From Candidatus Woesearchaeota archaeon (GTDB taxonomy: Archaea; Nanobdellota; Nanobdellia; Woesearchaeales; JAHWIC01): a stretch of DNA of 64,000 bases. The stretch's first letter is position 1. The number at the start of each line of letters is the position of its first letter. This document shows positions 9,262 through 16,636 of the stretch, piece after piece. The stretch is from NCBI GenBank assembly GCA_019322805.1, contig JAHWIC010000003.1, positions 964 to 64,963 on the forward strand, given 5' to 3'. Below the pieces are notes generated by a model. It was not told the origin of the DNA, did no database searches, and saw only the letters and a program-made list of their open reading frames with translations. Position numbers and translations under genes: made by a program.

Positions 9262-9360
9262 AAAATTCCGAAGGAATTTTGTGTCGCGAGAAACGCATAG
9301 CGTTTCTGTGTGCCAGAAATGCGGAGCATTTCTGAGCAGCTCAAAAAACCGAAGGTTTTT
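9262..9360 (+). other. Array of four consecutive triloop hairpins
   Basis: AAAATTCC-gaa-GGAATTTT (9262-9280). AGAAACGC-ata-GCGTTTCT (9289-9307). CAGAAATGC-gga-GCATTTCTG (9314-9334). AAAAACC-gaa-GGTTTTT (9344-9360). Confidence 0.85.
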
Positions 9361-9364
9361 CGAC

Positions 9365-9922
9365 ATGGAACGGACAAAGGAAGAAACAGTAGTTGTACTG
9401 GACTTTTTGCCGAATGGCTACCCATTTGACACAAGGCCTATCTACCAGAAAACTGCGATAGCGCAAGCTATAGGCAAGGAGCACTTTGTTTTACTGGAAC
9501 TAGCCCCTAAGAAGGATATCCATTTACAGCCTTATGAGGAGGTTTATATCGGAGAGGGCAAGCGTGACAAGGTGCATCACATAGTTGGAAAGCTTCCTAT
9601 AGATAAACTTACTGCAACAGCAAAGTCTGAGCTGGAATATGTCATAAAGGATATTGTAAATAAAGACGAAAAAAGGTTTGTTGACTTTTTCAATAAGGCA
9701 CAGCCCTTAAGCACAAGAATGCACCAGATAGAGCTTTTGCCAGGCGTTGGAAAGAAGCATATGTGGCAGATAATAGATGCAAGAAAGGAAAAGCAGTTTG
9801 AGAGTTTTAAGGACATAAAGAAGCGCGTTAAGCTTATGCCTGATCCGGAGAAGGCAATCATAAGAAGGATACTTCTGGAACTTCAAGGCAAAGAGAAACA
9901 CAGGTTGTTTGTTGACGTATAA
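9365..9922 (+). CDS. DUF655 (HhH-containing) protein
   Basis: MERTKEETVVVLDFLPNGYP ... LLPGVGKKHMWQIIDAR. The start is set at the ATG at 9365, because the upstream part of the ORF-track frame runs through the hairpin array. Confidence 0.8.
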   Translation: MERTKEETVVVLDFLPNGYPFDTRPIYQKTAIAQAIGKEHFVLLELAPKKDIHLQPYEEVYIGEGKRDKVHHIVGKLPIDKLTATAKSELEYVIKDIVNKDEKRFVDFFNKAQPLSTRMHQIELLPGVGKKHMWQIIDARKEKQFESFKDIKKRVKLMPDPEKAIIRRILLELQGKEKHRLFVDV

Positions 9923-9964
9923 CAAAGGAGTAAATTATCAATAAATAATTCCTTTGTTATGCCG

Positions 9965-9983
9965 GGAGGCACGAAGTGTCTCC
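9965..9983 (+). terminator. GAA-triloop hairpin between convergent genes
   Basis: GGAGGCAC-gaa-GTGTCTCC, 8 bp including one G-T (G-U) pair on the + strand. It lies between the DUF655 stop and the stop of the minus-strand ORF. Confidence 0.4.
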
Positions 9984-9991
9984 GTGTCTAA

Positions 9992-10204
9992 TCATTCTTC
10001 TTCAGACATTTCTTCATCATCAGAGACTCCTTCCTCCATAGCGTCTGCAATCAGGCTGACCACTTTCTTTGACTGCTTTTCTATCCTCTGAAGGTAATCC
10101 ACATCTTGGAACTGCTCTACAGCACATTCCTTACAATAGGATTCAGAACTCCCTTTAATGCAATATTCAGCCTCTTTCTCGCACAGTATGCACTTTTTTG
10201 GCAT
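9992..10204 (-). CDS. Small zinc-ribbon protein with acidic tail
   Basis: 70 aa. CILCEKEA ... CKEC (CxxC...CxxC) and a D/E-rich C-terminus. Confidence 0.5.
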   Translation of the reverse strand: MPKKCILCEKEAEYCIKGSSESYCKECAVEQFQDVDYLQRIEKQSKKVVSLIADAMEEGVSDDEEMSEEE

Positions 10205-10334
10205 TTAGAGGAGAGATGTCAAATGCATTTATAAATATTGCTGAAAATTGGTAGTAGGCGGCAGTAGTAACTTATACTCTAATCTGTAAACCAAACAAAA
10301 ATCTTTAATAACCACGCGGATTTGAGGCCTTACT

Positions 10335-10958
10335 ATGTACTTCAGACCCACCAGCAAGAAAAAGTTTCTAGGAATAAACACCTCAGATACAGAGCTAAGG
10401 GATATTTCAAAGGCATGGTTTGTCATATCACTTGCTTTTGGGATTGTGCTTACAAGAAGGTCTCCATTGCCGATTGGTTATGGATTCATTCTTGCTGCTT
10501 TAACAGTCGGCGTTGGTTTTGTTTTCCACGAGATGGTTCATAAGTTAGTTGCACAAAGGTTTGGATGCTTTGCTGAGTTCAGGGCATTCAACCATATGCT
10601 GGTGCTGGCTTTGCTCATGTCCTTGTTTGGATTTATATTTGCTGCTCCTGGCGCAGTGATGATAGCAGGCCCTGTTGGCAGGAGAAGAAATGGAATGATA
10701 TCTGCAGCAGGAATAGCAGCAAGCCTTGCAATAGCTTTATTGTTCCTTTTTGTGTTTTTGACTGCTCCGTTTGCTTTTGTTAAAAATATAGGGCTTTATG
10801 GCTTTGTGATTAACAGCTGGCTTGCTCTGTTCAATCTTATCCCTCTTGGAAATTTTGATGGCGTGAAGGTGCTTCATTGGAACAGAATAATTTATATAGT
10901 AATGGTCATAATGGCACTTATGCTGATGTTTTTGCAGGGAGTGCTAGGGGGTATTTAG
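10335..10958 (+). CDS. M50 (site-2 protease) family metalloprotease, minimal form
   Basis: HEMVHKLVAQ (HExxH) and NLIPLGNFDG motifs within a multi-TM protein. Confidence 0.75.
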   Translation: MYFRPTSKKKFLGINTSDTELRDISKAWFVISLAFGIVLTRRSPLPIGYGFILAALTVGVGFVFHEMVHKLVAQRFGCFAEFRAFNHMLVLALLMSLFGFIFAAPGAVMIAGPVGRRRNGMISAAGIAASLAIALLFLFVFLTAPFAFVKNIGLYGFVINSWLALFNLIPLGNFDGVKVLHWNRIIYIVMVIMALMLMFLQGVLGGI

Positions 10959-10975
10959 CTTCGCTAAATACTTAA

Positions 10976-11089
10976 ATCCTCCCCATTAGTGCACAAGGAG
11001 AACGCCATAAATTGCTGACGCAATTTAATTTCACAGTGTCCCTCCCCTAACAGGCTATGCACAACAGAACATACAACTAAATATGCAAG
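10976..11089 (+). repeat. B-element copy 1 (77-nt conserved block plus tail ending in ATGCAAG)
   Basis: 10976-11052 matches 45106-45182 with 2 mismatches. It has an internal hairpin AAATTGC-tgac-GCAATTT (11009-11026). The tail CAACTAAAT-ATGCAAG provides the ATG of the next ORF. Confidence 0.9.
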
Positions 11090-11463
11090 GTGTTTTGATG
11101 GACGATGATATAAAGTTTAGATGTCCTTACTGCGGGAAATTAACCAGGCCTCATGAGAGGTATTGTGATTTCTGTGAGCAGGACTTATCAAAGGTCAGGG
11201 ATAAGTTAGAGGCAGAAGGAAGAGAAAAAGCCTGCTTTATAGCAACTGCAGCTTATGGGACTCCTTTTGCAAGAGAGATTGATGTTTTGAGGGACTGGAG
11301 GGATAACAGTTTGAATACAAATTTTTTTGGTTCTTTGTTTGTTAAGGTTTATTATAAAGTGAGCCCTCCTATTGCGAGATTTATAGCAAAGAGGAAAAAA
11401 TTAAGGAAGTTGGTTAGGATTATCTTAAAACCAATAATCAGTATCATTAGAAAAAATCAATAG
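11083..11463 (+). CDS. Zinc-ribbon protein with CFIATAAYG...LRDWRD motif domain
   Basis: CPYCG...CDFC zinc ribbon, then CFIATAAYGTPFAREIDVLRDWRD and a hydrophobic tail. The last codons and the stop lie inside R-element R2. Confidence 0.6.
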   Translation: MQGVLMDDDIKFRCPYCGKLTRPHERYCDFCEQDLSKVRDKLEAEGREKACFIATAAYGTPFAREIDVLRDWRDNSLNTNFFGSLFVKVYYKVSPPIARFIAKRKKLRKLVRIILKPIISIIRKNQ

Positions 11464-11629
11464 AAAAAAATAAATCTGATTTTTGCCTTAAGTCTACTAT
11501 AAAGCAAAAATCATCTGCAGTGTTTCTTAAAGAACCAAACTAAGATGAAAATTCCTTTATACCAGTTGTGAAAGGAATTTTCAGAATTATTTTTTTAATG
11601 AATTTCTCTATTGATTTTTTTTATTGATT
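11443..11629 (+). repeat. R-element copy R2 (canonical short form with four-way-junction core 11475-11585)
   Basis: TCTGA|TTTTTGC-17nt-GCAAAAA|TCATCT-26nt-AGATGA|AAAATTCCTTT-12nt-AAAGGAATTTT|TCAGA, flanked by imperfect inverted AATCAATAG/AAAAA words. Confidence 0.9.
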
Positions 11630-11634
11630 ACTTC

Positions 11635-12012
11635 CTATCTCTTTTCCAAAACCTGAGCATTGCCTTCCACTTCAATAAAAGTCACTTCATCTCCCTCGTT
11701 AAGCTCATTAAGCAGCTCTTCATCGACATCAGCATCCATGGTTTGATAAGAATGCATATCCATGATCTGAACTTTATCAGCTAGCTTTGAGATAACCTGT
11801 GCTGATTTTCTTATGATGTCAAGCTCTTCTACATTATCATGATGATTGAGGTTTATTGATTTCTCGCCCTTGCTAATCAGGCCCTGGACAAACAGCTTTG
11901 TCTTTGAATGAGAATGGGTTCCGTAAGCAACTGTCTCTTTTCTTACAACCCTAAGAACCTCATTGTTATATTTGATATAGCTTCCTTTTCGCAAGTCTTT
12001 TGCTTCTGTCAT
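11635..12012 (-). CDS. eif5a: Translation initiation factor 5A (aIF-5A)
   Basis: 125 aa. LRKGSYIKYNNEVLRVV ... GTHSHSKTKLFVQGL and the C-terminal OB-like half match the eIF5A/EF-P fold pattern. Confidence 0.8.
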   Translation of the reverse strand: MTEAKDLRKGSYIKYNNEVLRVVRKETVAYGTHSHSKTKLFVQGLISKGEKSINLNHHDNVEELDIIRKSAQVISKLADKVQIMDMHSYQTMDADVDEELLNELNEGDEVTFIEVEGNAQVLEKR

Positions 12013-12065
12013 AATGACACCCCTAGAGAAAAACTATCCTTAACTTATTTAAATATTTCTAAGGA

Positions 12066-13181
12066 TTATTCCTTTATGCCTATAGCGTATTTATACCATC
12101 CAAAATCTCTTAGGATTCTTTCATCCTCAAATCTGACAATCTTTTCAAAGGATTCCCACCGCTTCATACTCAATTCTATAGAAGGAGGAGGAGCGTCTTT
12201 TTCAATACGCCCATCATATATCTGAACTGCGGCTTTGGTGCAAAAAGCTTTATTAACAACAGATGGTGCAAGGGATACTCCGCTATATTCTATTACATGA
12301 AGACCAGCATGCTCAAAAAGCGCTGGAAGGTCAACGTTATCTTTATATGGGTCAGGATAAAGGAATGGGAGAATCATCTTGTACCAGGGTGTCTCTTGTT
12401 CAGCTTCTCTTGAAGCTTGATATAATGGACTATCAAAATTAGGAACAGCTACTACAACCATGCCTCCTTTGCCTGTTTGTTCTACCATAATCTCAATTAG
12501 CCTTTTTTGCTCCTCTGTGGTTAAGTGTTCAAAAACACCGCTGTTCATTGCTATTGTATATTCACCTCCGCTTTTATACCTTAGTATGTCTTTTTTGTGA
12601 GGGGTAACACGGTCTTTTGCTTCAAATTGATGTTCTGCAAGGAACGAAGCATAGCGTAGGGCACCCATGGATAAGTCAACAATATCTGCTAGAAATCCAT
12701 GATAAGCTAGCATATTTGAGAGAGTAGCACTTCCACAGCCTAGCTCAACACTTCTAGGCGGCCATGAACCTAATGTTTTCTTATTCCAATGTTTTAGAAT
12801 TCTATCCACAAGCCGCATATACATGTATGCTCTTCCAGGCAGGAATTCGTGGTACCCTTTGTCCAGGTGCAGGAAATGATGGTAAGAGGCTTTTTGAGCT
12901 GCCCAATGTTGGTCCATATTTCTTTGCCGCTCTCTAGCTTGGTCACTCTTATATAGGGGTGAGATAACGTCATCTAGCCATTCTCTTGTACTGGACTGCA
13001 CTGCTAATAGGATAGGATGAGGTCCTTTTTCAGCATCAGCTGCGTCATTCCCTCCACTAGCGATAACAATCTCAGAACTTTTTCTTGGCAATACTAGGGG
13101 TCTTAGTATCTCTTCTAATTCCTCAGGGCTTCTTTTCTCATTATGGCCCCCCAACAATTTTGTTAGCCCTCTAACTGTCAT
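12066..13181 (-). CDS. Class I SAM-dependent methyltransferase
   Basis: VELGCGSATLS (motif I) and downstream motifs, with a long N-terminal extension of unknown function. Confidence 0.7.
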   Translation of the reverse strand: MTVRGLTKLLGGHNEKRSPEELEEILRPLVLPRKSSEIVIASGGNDAADAEKGPHPILLAVQSSTREWLDDVISPLYKSDQARERQRNMDQHWAAQKASYHHFLHLDKGYHEFLPGRAYMYMRLVDRILKHWNKKTLGSWPPRSVELGCGSATLSNMLAYHGFLADIVDLSMGALRYASFLAEHQFEAKDRVTPHKKDILRYKSGGEYTIAMNSGVFEHLTTEEQKRLIEIMVEQTGKGGMVVVAVPNFDSPLYQASREAEQETPWYKMILPFLYPDPYKDNVDLPALFEHAGLHVIEYSGVSLAPSVVNKAFCTKAAVQIYDGRIEKDAPPPSIELSMKRWESFEKIVRFEDERILRDFGWYKYAIGIKE

Positions 13182-13290
13182 ATGTTGATAGGTAGTGATT
13201 GTGCATTTAAAAATCTTTCTATTTATCTATTATTATGTAGTAGTAAAAAAAGGAAAAAGTTTAATAATAACAATGCATTCACTTTTGTAG

Positions 13291-13971
13291 ATGCTAAGAT
13301 TAATTAAAACCCGGCATGGAGAAACCCAGTATAACATAGAAAATCGTATTCAGGGAGGTATTGACACGGAGTTAACACCTCATGGCATAAGGCAAGCTGA
13401 AATGTTAGCAGACCACTTTAGGGATACTCCTATTGATTATGTTGTCTCAGGCACCTTAAAAAGGCAGGCCCAAACAGCAGGGGTTATAGCTAGGCCGCGA
13501 GGAATTAGTGTTGTACATGATGAAGGACTGAATGAAAGGGATTGGGGCAGATTCAATGGACGTTATGAACATGAGGTTGATACAGGAGGCATCCCCCTTA
13601 CCCGTTATCTTTTTTATATGGTAGATCCTAATGATGATAGTAACCCAAAAATAGAGAAAGGCCCTGAACATAAAGGAGAAACAATTGAAGAAATGATGCG
13701 TAGGATAGGACTATTTTATGATAGGCTTGTCGATAGATATGTAGACGCTACGATGTTGATTGTTGGAAGTCAGTTCTCAAATGCTTACCTCTTGAATCAT
13801 GTTCTTGGAATTCCGCCGGAATGTCCTGTTTTATTTGCCCAAGAAAATATGTGCATAAACGAGATAAGGGTTTATCCTAAAAAAGATGCCGGAAGACCTG
13901 TAGAGGTTGTTGATATAAATTTTATGGAGCATGTCCATTACAGGGATGGGTCAGTGCAAGGTACAGATTAG
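13291..13971 (+). CDS. Histidine phosphatase (phosphoglycerate mutase-like) family protein
   Basis: N-terminal RHGETQYN catalytic motif. The TATA-like TTTAATAA lies 31 nt upstream. Confidence 0.8.
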   Translation: MLRLIKTRHGETQYNIENRIQGGIDTELTPHGIRQAEMLADHFRDTPIDYVVSGTLKRQAQTAGVIARPRGISVVHDEGLNERDWGRFNGRYEHEVDTGGIPLTRYLFYMVDPNDDSNPKIEKGPEHKGETIEEMMRRIGLFYDRLVDRYVDATMLIVGSQFSNAYLLNHVLGIPPECPVLFAQENMCINEIRVYPKKDAGRPVEVVDINFMEHVHYRDGSVQGTD

Positions 13972-14918
13972 TATTCTAAACCAATTCTTGAGACGGTAAG
14001 ATGGATCAATACCTCCAGGATCTGTTCCATATTTGATAGGATAAAAAGGTTATTTGCAGGCACCTTTTTCACTAATGACCCCACTTTGTCAAATATTATG
14101 GACCTATCTTTGCTTAACTTCTCTGCCTTTTTAAGGTCAAAATTATAGAAAAAGTCATGATACAAAGAAAGAGTTTCCTGTACATCTGATATGATTGATA
14201 TAGCATCTTTTGCTAACTTTATCTTATGTGCCGTTACAAACCTAGAGCAGTATTTGATTATATCTATTATTTCATCAAGAGAAGAGATAATATGGTATAG
14301 AGTATTTGTTTTTTTATCATCAGTATAACCAAACTTATTTAAAAGTCTTAGGTTATATGCTGCAAATTTAGTTATGGTGTCATGTTTTTCATTTATGGTG
14401 TCTAGTAGCATATGATTGTTTTCTTTTGAACCTTTAACTAAATCCTTGCTTGCGTCAATCAAGAGCAGGAATATACGCCGCAGGATAGTATCAAGTTCCT
14501 TGATCACACCTTCAGATATATCTTTGATAAAGCAGGAATTTTCCTTTTGCTGTATGATCTCGATTCCATTTAATCTGTTGACCTCCTCTTTTATTGATGA
14601 AATAACTGTTACATCCTTCCCTATTTTGTGGTGTTTGGTAGTAACGTCATCAAATCTTAATTTCATTTCATCATAGCCTTTTATGTATAAGCATCTGATA
14701 AGGAACATCAAAGAATCTCTATCCAGGTTGCTTATATCAACTTCGACACGTCCTAAAGACTGTCCTTGCTCTGTACTAACAATAATCTTACTACCTTCCT
14801 CCTTAATATCGAGTTCATCTCCTTTCTTAACCTCATGCTTTTGCGCCCACTTCCTTGGCAAAGAAATCAGCTGTGTAGAATCTGCAATCTGTATAACTTT
14901 TCTTTTCAGTTTAACCAC
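13968..14918 (-). CDS. AbrB/SpoVT-domain plus PhoU-like regulator
   Basis: The N-terminal VIQIADSTQLISLPRKWAQKHEVKKGDELDI is an AbrB/MazE-type swapped hairpin, followed by a helical PhoU-like repeat region. Confidence 0.7.
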   Translation of the reverse strand: MVKLKRKVIQIADSTQLISLPRKWAQKHEVKKGDELDIKEEGSKIIVSTEQGQSLGRVEVDISNLDRDSLMFLIRCLYIKGYDEMKLRFDDVTTKHHKIGKDVTVISSIKEEVNRLNGIEIIQQKENSCFIKDISEGVIKELDTILRRIFLLLIDASKDLVKGSKENNHMLLDTINEKHDTITKFAAYNLRLLNKFGYTDDKKTNTLYHIISSLDEIIDIIKYCSRFVTAHKIKLAKDAISIISDVQETLSLYHDFFYNFDLKKAEKLSKDRSIIFDKVGSLVKKVPANNLFILSNMEQILEVLIHLTVSRIGLEY

Positions 14919-15099
14919 CCTTATAATTTAATAGTTTTATATAATCGGATTAGGAATCTATTAAACTATATAAATCTTTTCATTTTCTATAAAATTGGCT
15001 GTTTTATATAACTTTTATAAAATCTAAGGCATAACTATATAAAAAATGAGCTATTATATAGGTATATCCCGTAAACCTTACGGGATAATAAGGGGGGTG

Positions 15100-15279
15100 T
15101 TGGTAGAGTTCGAAAATAATGATTAAATCTATGCTATGAAAATAGCAAAAGATGAATCATTAAAAATTTAATGACAAATCAATGCTGGAAACAGCAAAGA
15201 CGAATCATTAAAAAAATGATTAAATCTATGTTGGAAACAACAAAAGATGAATCATAAAAAAAACAAAAAACTCTACCAA
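15100..15279 (+). other. Structured domain: 11-bp closing helix enclosing three tandem GAAA-tetraloop hairpins (candidate ncRNA)
   Basis: TTGGTAGAGTT (15100-15110) pairs with AACTCTACCAA (15269-15279). The hairpins at 15119-15160, 15171-15208 and 15216-15255 have apical stems TGCTAT/ATAGCA, TGCTG/CAGCA and TGTTG/CAACA. A separate 10-bp hairpin lies at 15065-15087. Confidence 0.7.
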
Positions 15280-15696
15280 GAACCCTTATCAAATGATGCA
15301 CAGAGGATGTTTAGATGATCAAGAAGGTGAAAAAGAAAATGGAAAAAGAAGAAAGTTTGGAGGACATTGGCATATCTTTATCTTCAGACCCTTTAGATAA
15401 GATGGGTGAGTTCAGAGCTAAATAATGGAGGCAAAGGAATAAAAAAACCGATCTGAAAAACATAAAATTCCATAATCATTGGGTCTAGTCTCAACTCAAT
15501 GATGCAAAAATCCTACCAAGGGATTTTTGTTTTAAAAACTAGTGGCCTAAAAAACCATAAATGGAATTTTAATGCACCAAGATTCAATTTTGAGGAGCTC
15601 AAAAAAACAAAAAATTTTGGCAAACTCAAAAAAATCTTTAGGAGCGGTTTTCCTTTCCCCCACTTAATGCTGAATGAAAAGGAGGAGGCAATAAAA

Positions 15697-15849
15697 ATGG
15701 GAGACCCGGGTGGTGAGCAGATCATACTTGACCCTCTTAAGCCAATCTTCTACTGCTGGGCTTGCCAGCATGAAATGATAAGCAAGGACAGTGTAACATA
15801 TGAATGTCCTGTATGTCATAACCATACTGAAAGAAAACTGGCTTATTAA
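15697..15849 (+). CDS. Small zinc-ribbon protein
   Basis: 50 aa. CWACQHEM ... CPVCHNH. The ATG is preceded by AAGGAGGAGG 9 nt upstream. The longer ORF-track version (15499) has no such signal. Confidence 0.45.
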   Translation: MGDPGGEQIILDPLKPIFYCWACQHEMISKDSVTYECPVCHNHTERKLAY

Positions 15850-15901
15850 ACAAATCAGAAATCCTTAAGATTTATAAGAATAACCGATATTCTACCTTTC
15901 T

Positions 15902-16561
15902 ATGGCTCTATACATTGTTGCAACACCAATTGGGAATCTGGAGGATATTAGCTTTAGGGCAATTAAGGTATTAAATGAGGTAGACTTGATTCTAGCAGAA
16001 GATACAAGAAGAACATCAATATTACTAAATCATTATAAGGTTAAGAATAAAATTGAATCATTTAATGATTTTAATAAAGAGAAGAAAACACCGTCGATAA
16101 TTGAGCAATTAAAAAATAATAAAAGAATAGCTATTGTTTCTGATTCTGGAACTCCTGGAATATCTGATCCTGGGTTTTATTTGGTAAGAGAAGCTGTTAA
16201 GGAAGGAATTGATATAGTTCCTATTCCAGGTGCAAACGCAGCTATAACAGCTTTGGTCAGCTCTGGTTTTGCTACAGATAAATTTATGTTTTTGGGCTTT
16301 TTACCAAAGAAAGAGAATCGGTTGAAAAAATCATTAATGGAGATTAAAAAAAATAATATCACGACGATATTCTATGAGTCTCCTTATAGGATAGAAAAAA
16401 CTCTGAGATTAATGAGTGAAATAATTCCTGATAAAAAAATATGCATTGCTCGCGAACTAACAAAGAAATTTGAGGAGTTTATTCGAGGAACTGCTTCTGA
16501 AATTCTTAAGAAAAAGCCAAAGTTTAAAGGAGAGATTACTGTTGTGGTTGGGAAGGGTTAG
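15902..16561 (+). CDS. rsmI: 16S rRNA (cytidine-2'-O)-methyltransferase RsmI-like
   Basis: LYIVATPIGNLEDISFRAIKVLNEVDLILAEDTRRT, SDSGTPGISDPG and FYESPYR motifs of the RsmI/tetrapyrrole-methylase fold. Confidence 0.85.
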   Translation: MALYIVATPIGNLEDISFRAIKVLNEVDLILAEDTRRTSILLNHYKVKNKIESFNDFNKEKKTPSIIEQLKNNKRIAIVSDSGTPGISDPGFYLVREAVKEGIDIVPIPGANAAITALVSSGFATDKFMFLGFLPKKENRLKKSLMEIKKNNITTIFYESPYRIEKTLRLMSEIIPDKKICIARELTKKFEEFIRGTASEILKKKPKFKGEITVVVGKG

Positions 16562-16636
16562 TTCTTAAAAAACGAAAGCTTTATAAACAAATTAGTAACT
16601 TAATAGTAGTAACGATAGAATAGGGAGCAAACAAAT

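Noticed and set aside
9200-9364. N-terminal extension of the DUF655 ORF as given in the track (start 9200)
   Set aside because: This part overlaps the previous gene and then reads through the four-hairpin array. The conserved DUF655 sequence starts with MERTKEE at 9365.
10322-10543. 73-aa + strand ORF overlapping the M50 protease start in another frame
   Set aside because: The frame from 10335 carries the HExxH and NxxPxxxxDG protease motifs. The other frame has none.
11475-11585. Known small ribozyme (hammerhead-like) or C/D-box sRNA in the four-way junction and in the tRNA introns
   Set aside because: GATGA and CTGA strings occur, but the hammerhead core (CUGAUGA ... GAAA in the right helical context) and paired C (RUGAUGA) and D (CUGA) boxes are not present in a workable arrangement.
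15100-15279. Replication origin (ORB-like repeats) interpretation of the three-hairpin domain
   Set aside because: The units contain TGGAAAC and a nearby G-run, reminiscent of ORB elements. However, there is no orc1/cdc6 gene nearby. The repeats are direct tandem hairpins with GNRA loops and covarying stems enclosed by a long-range helix, which fits RNA better. The origin idea is not fully excluded.
15315-15425. 36-codon ORF (MIKKVKKKMEKEESLEDIGISLSSDPLDKMGEFRAK) in the long intergenic region
   Set aside because: It has only a weak AGGA upstream and no motif or other support. It is too short to call from sequence alone.
15499-15696. Upstream part of the 116-aa ORF
   Set aside because: There is no start signal and no conserved-looking sequence, and it contains the 9-bp hairpin. 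The strong AAGGAGGAGG SD precedes the internal ATG at 15697.
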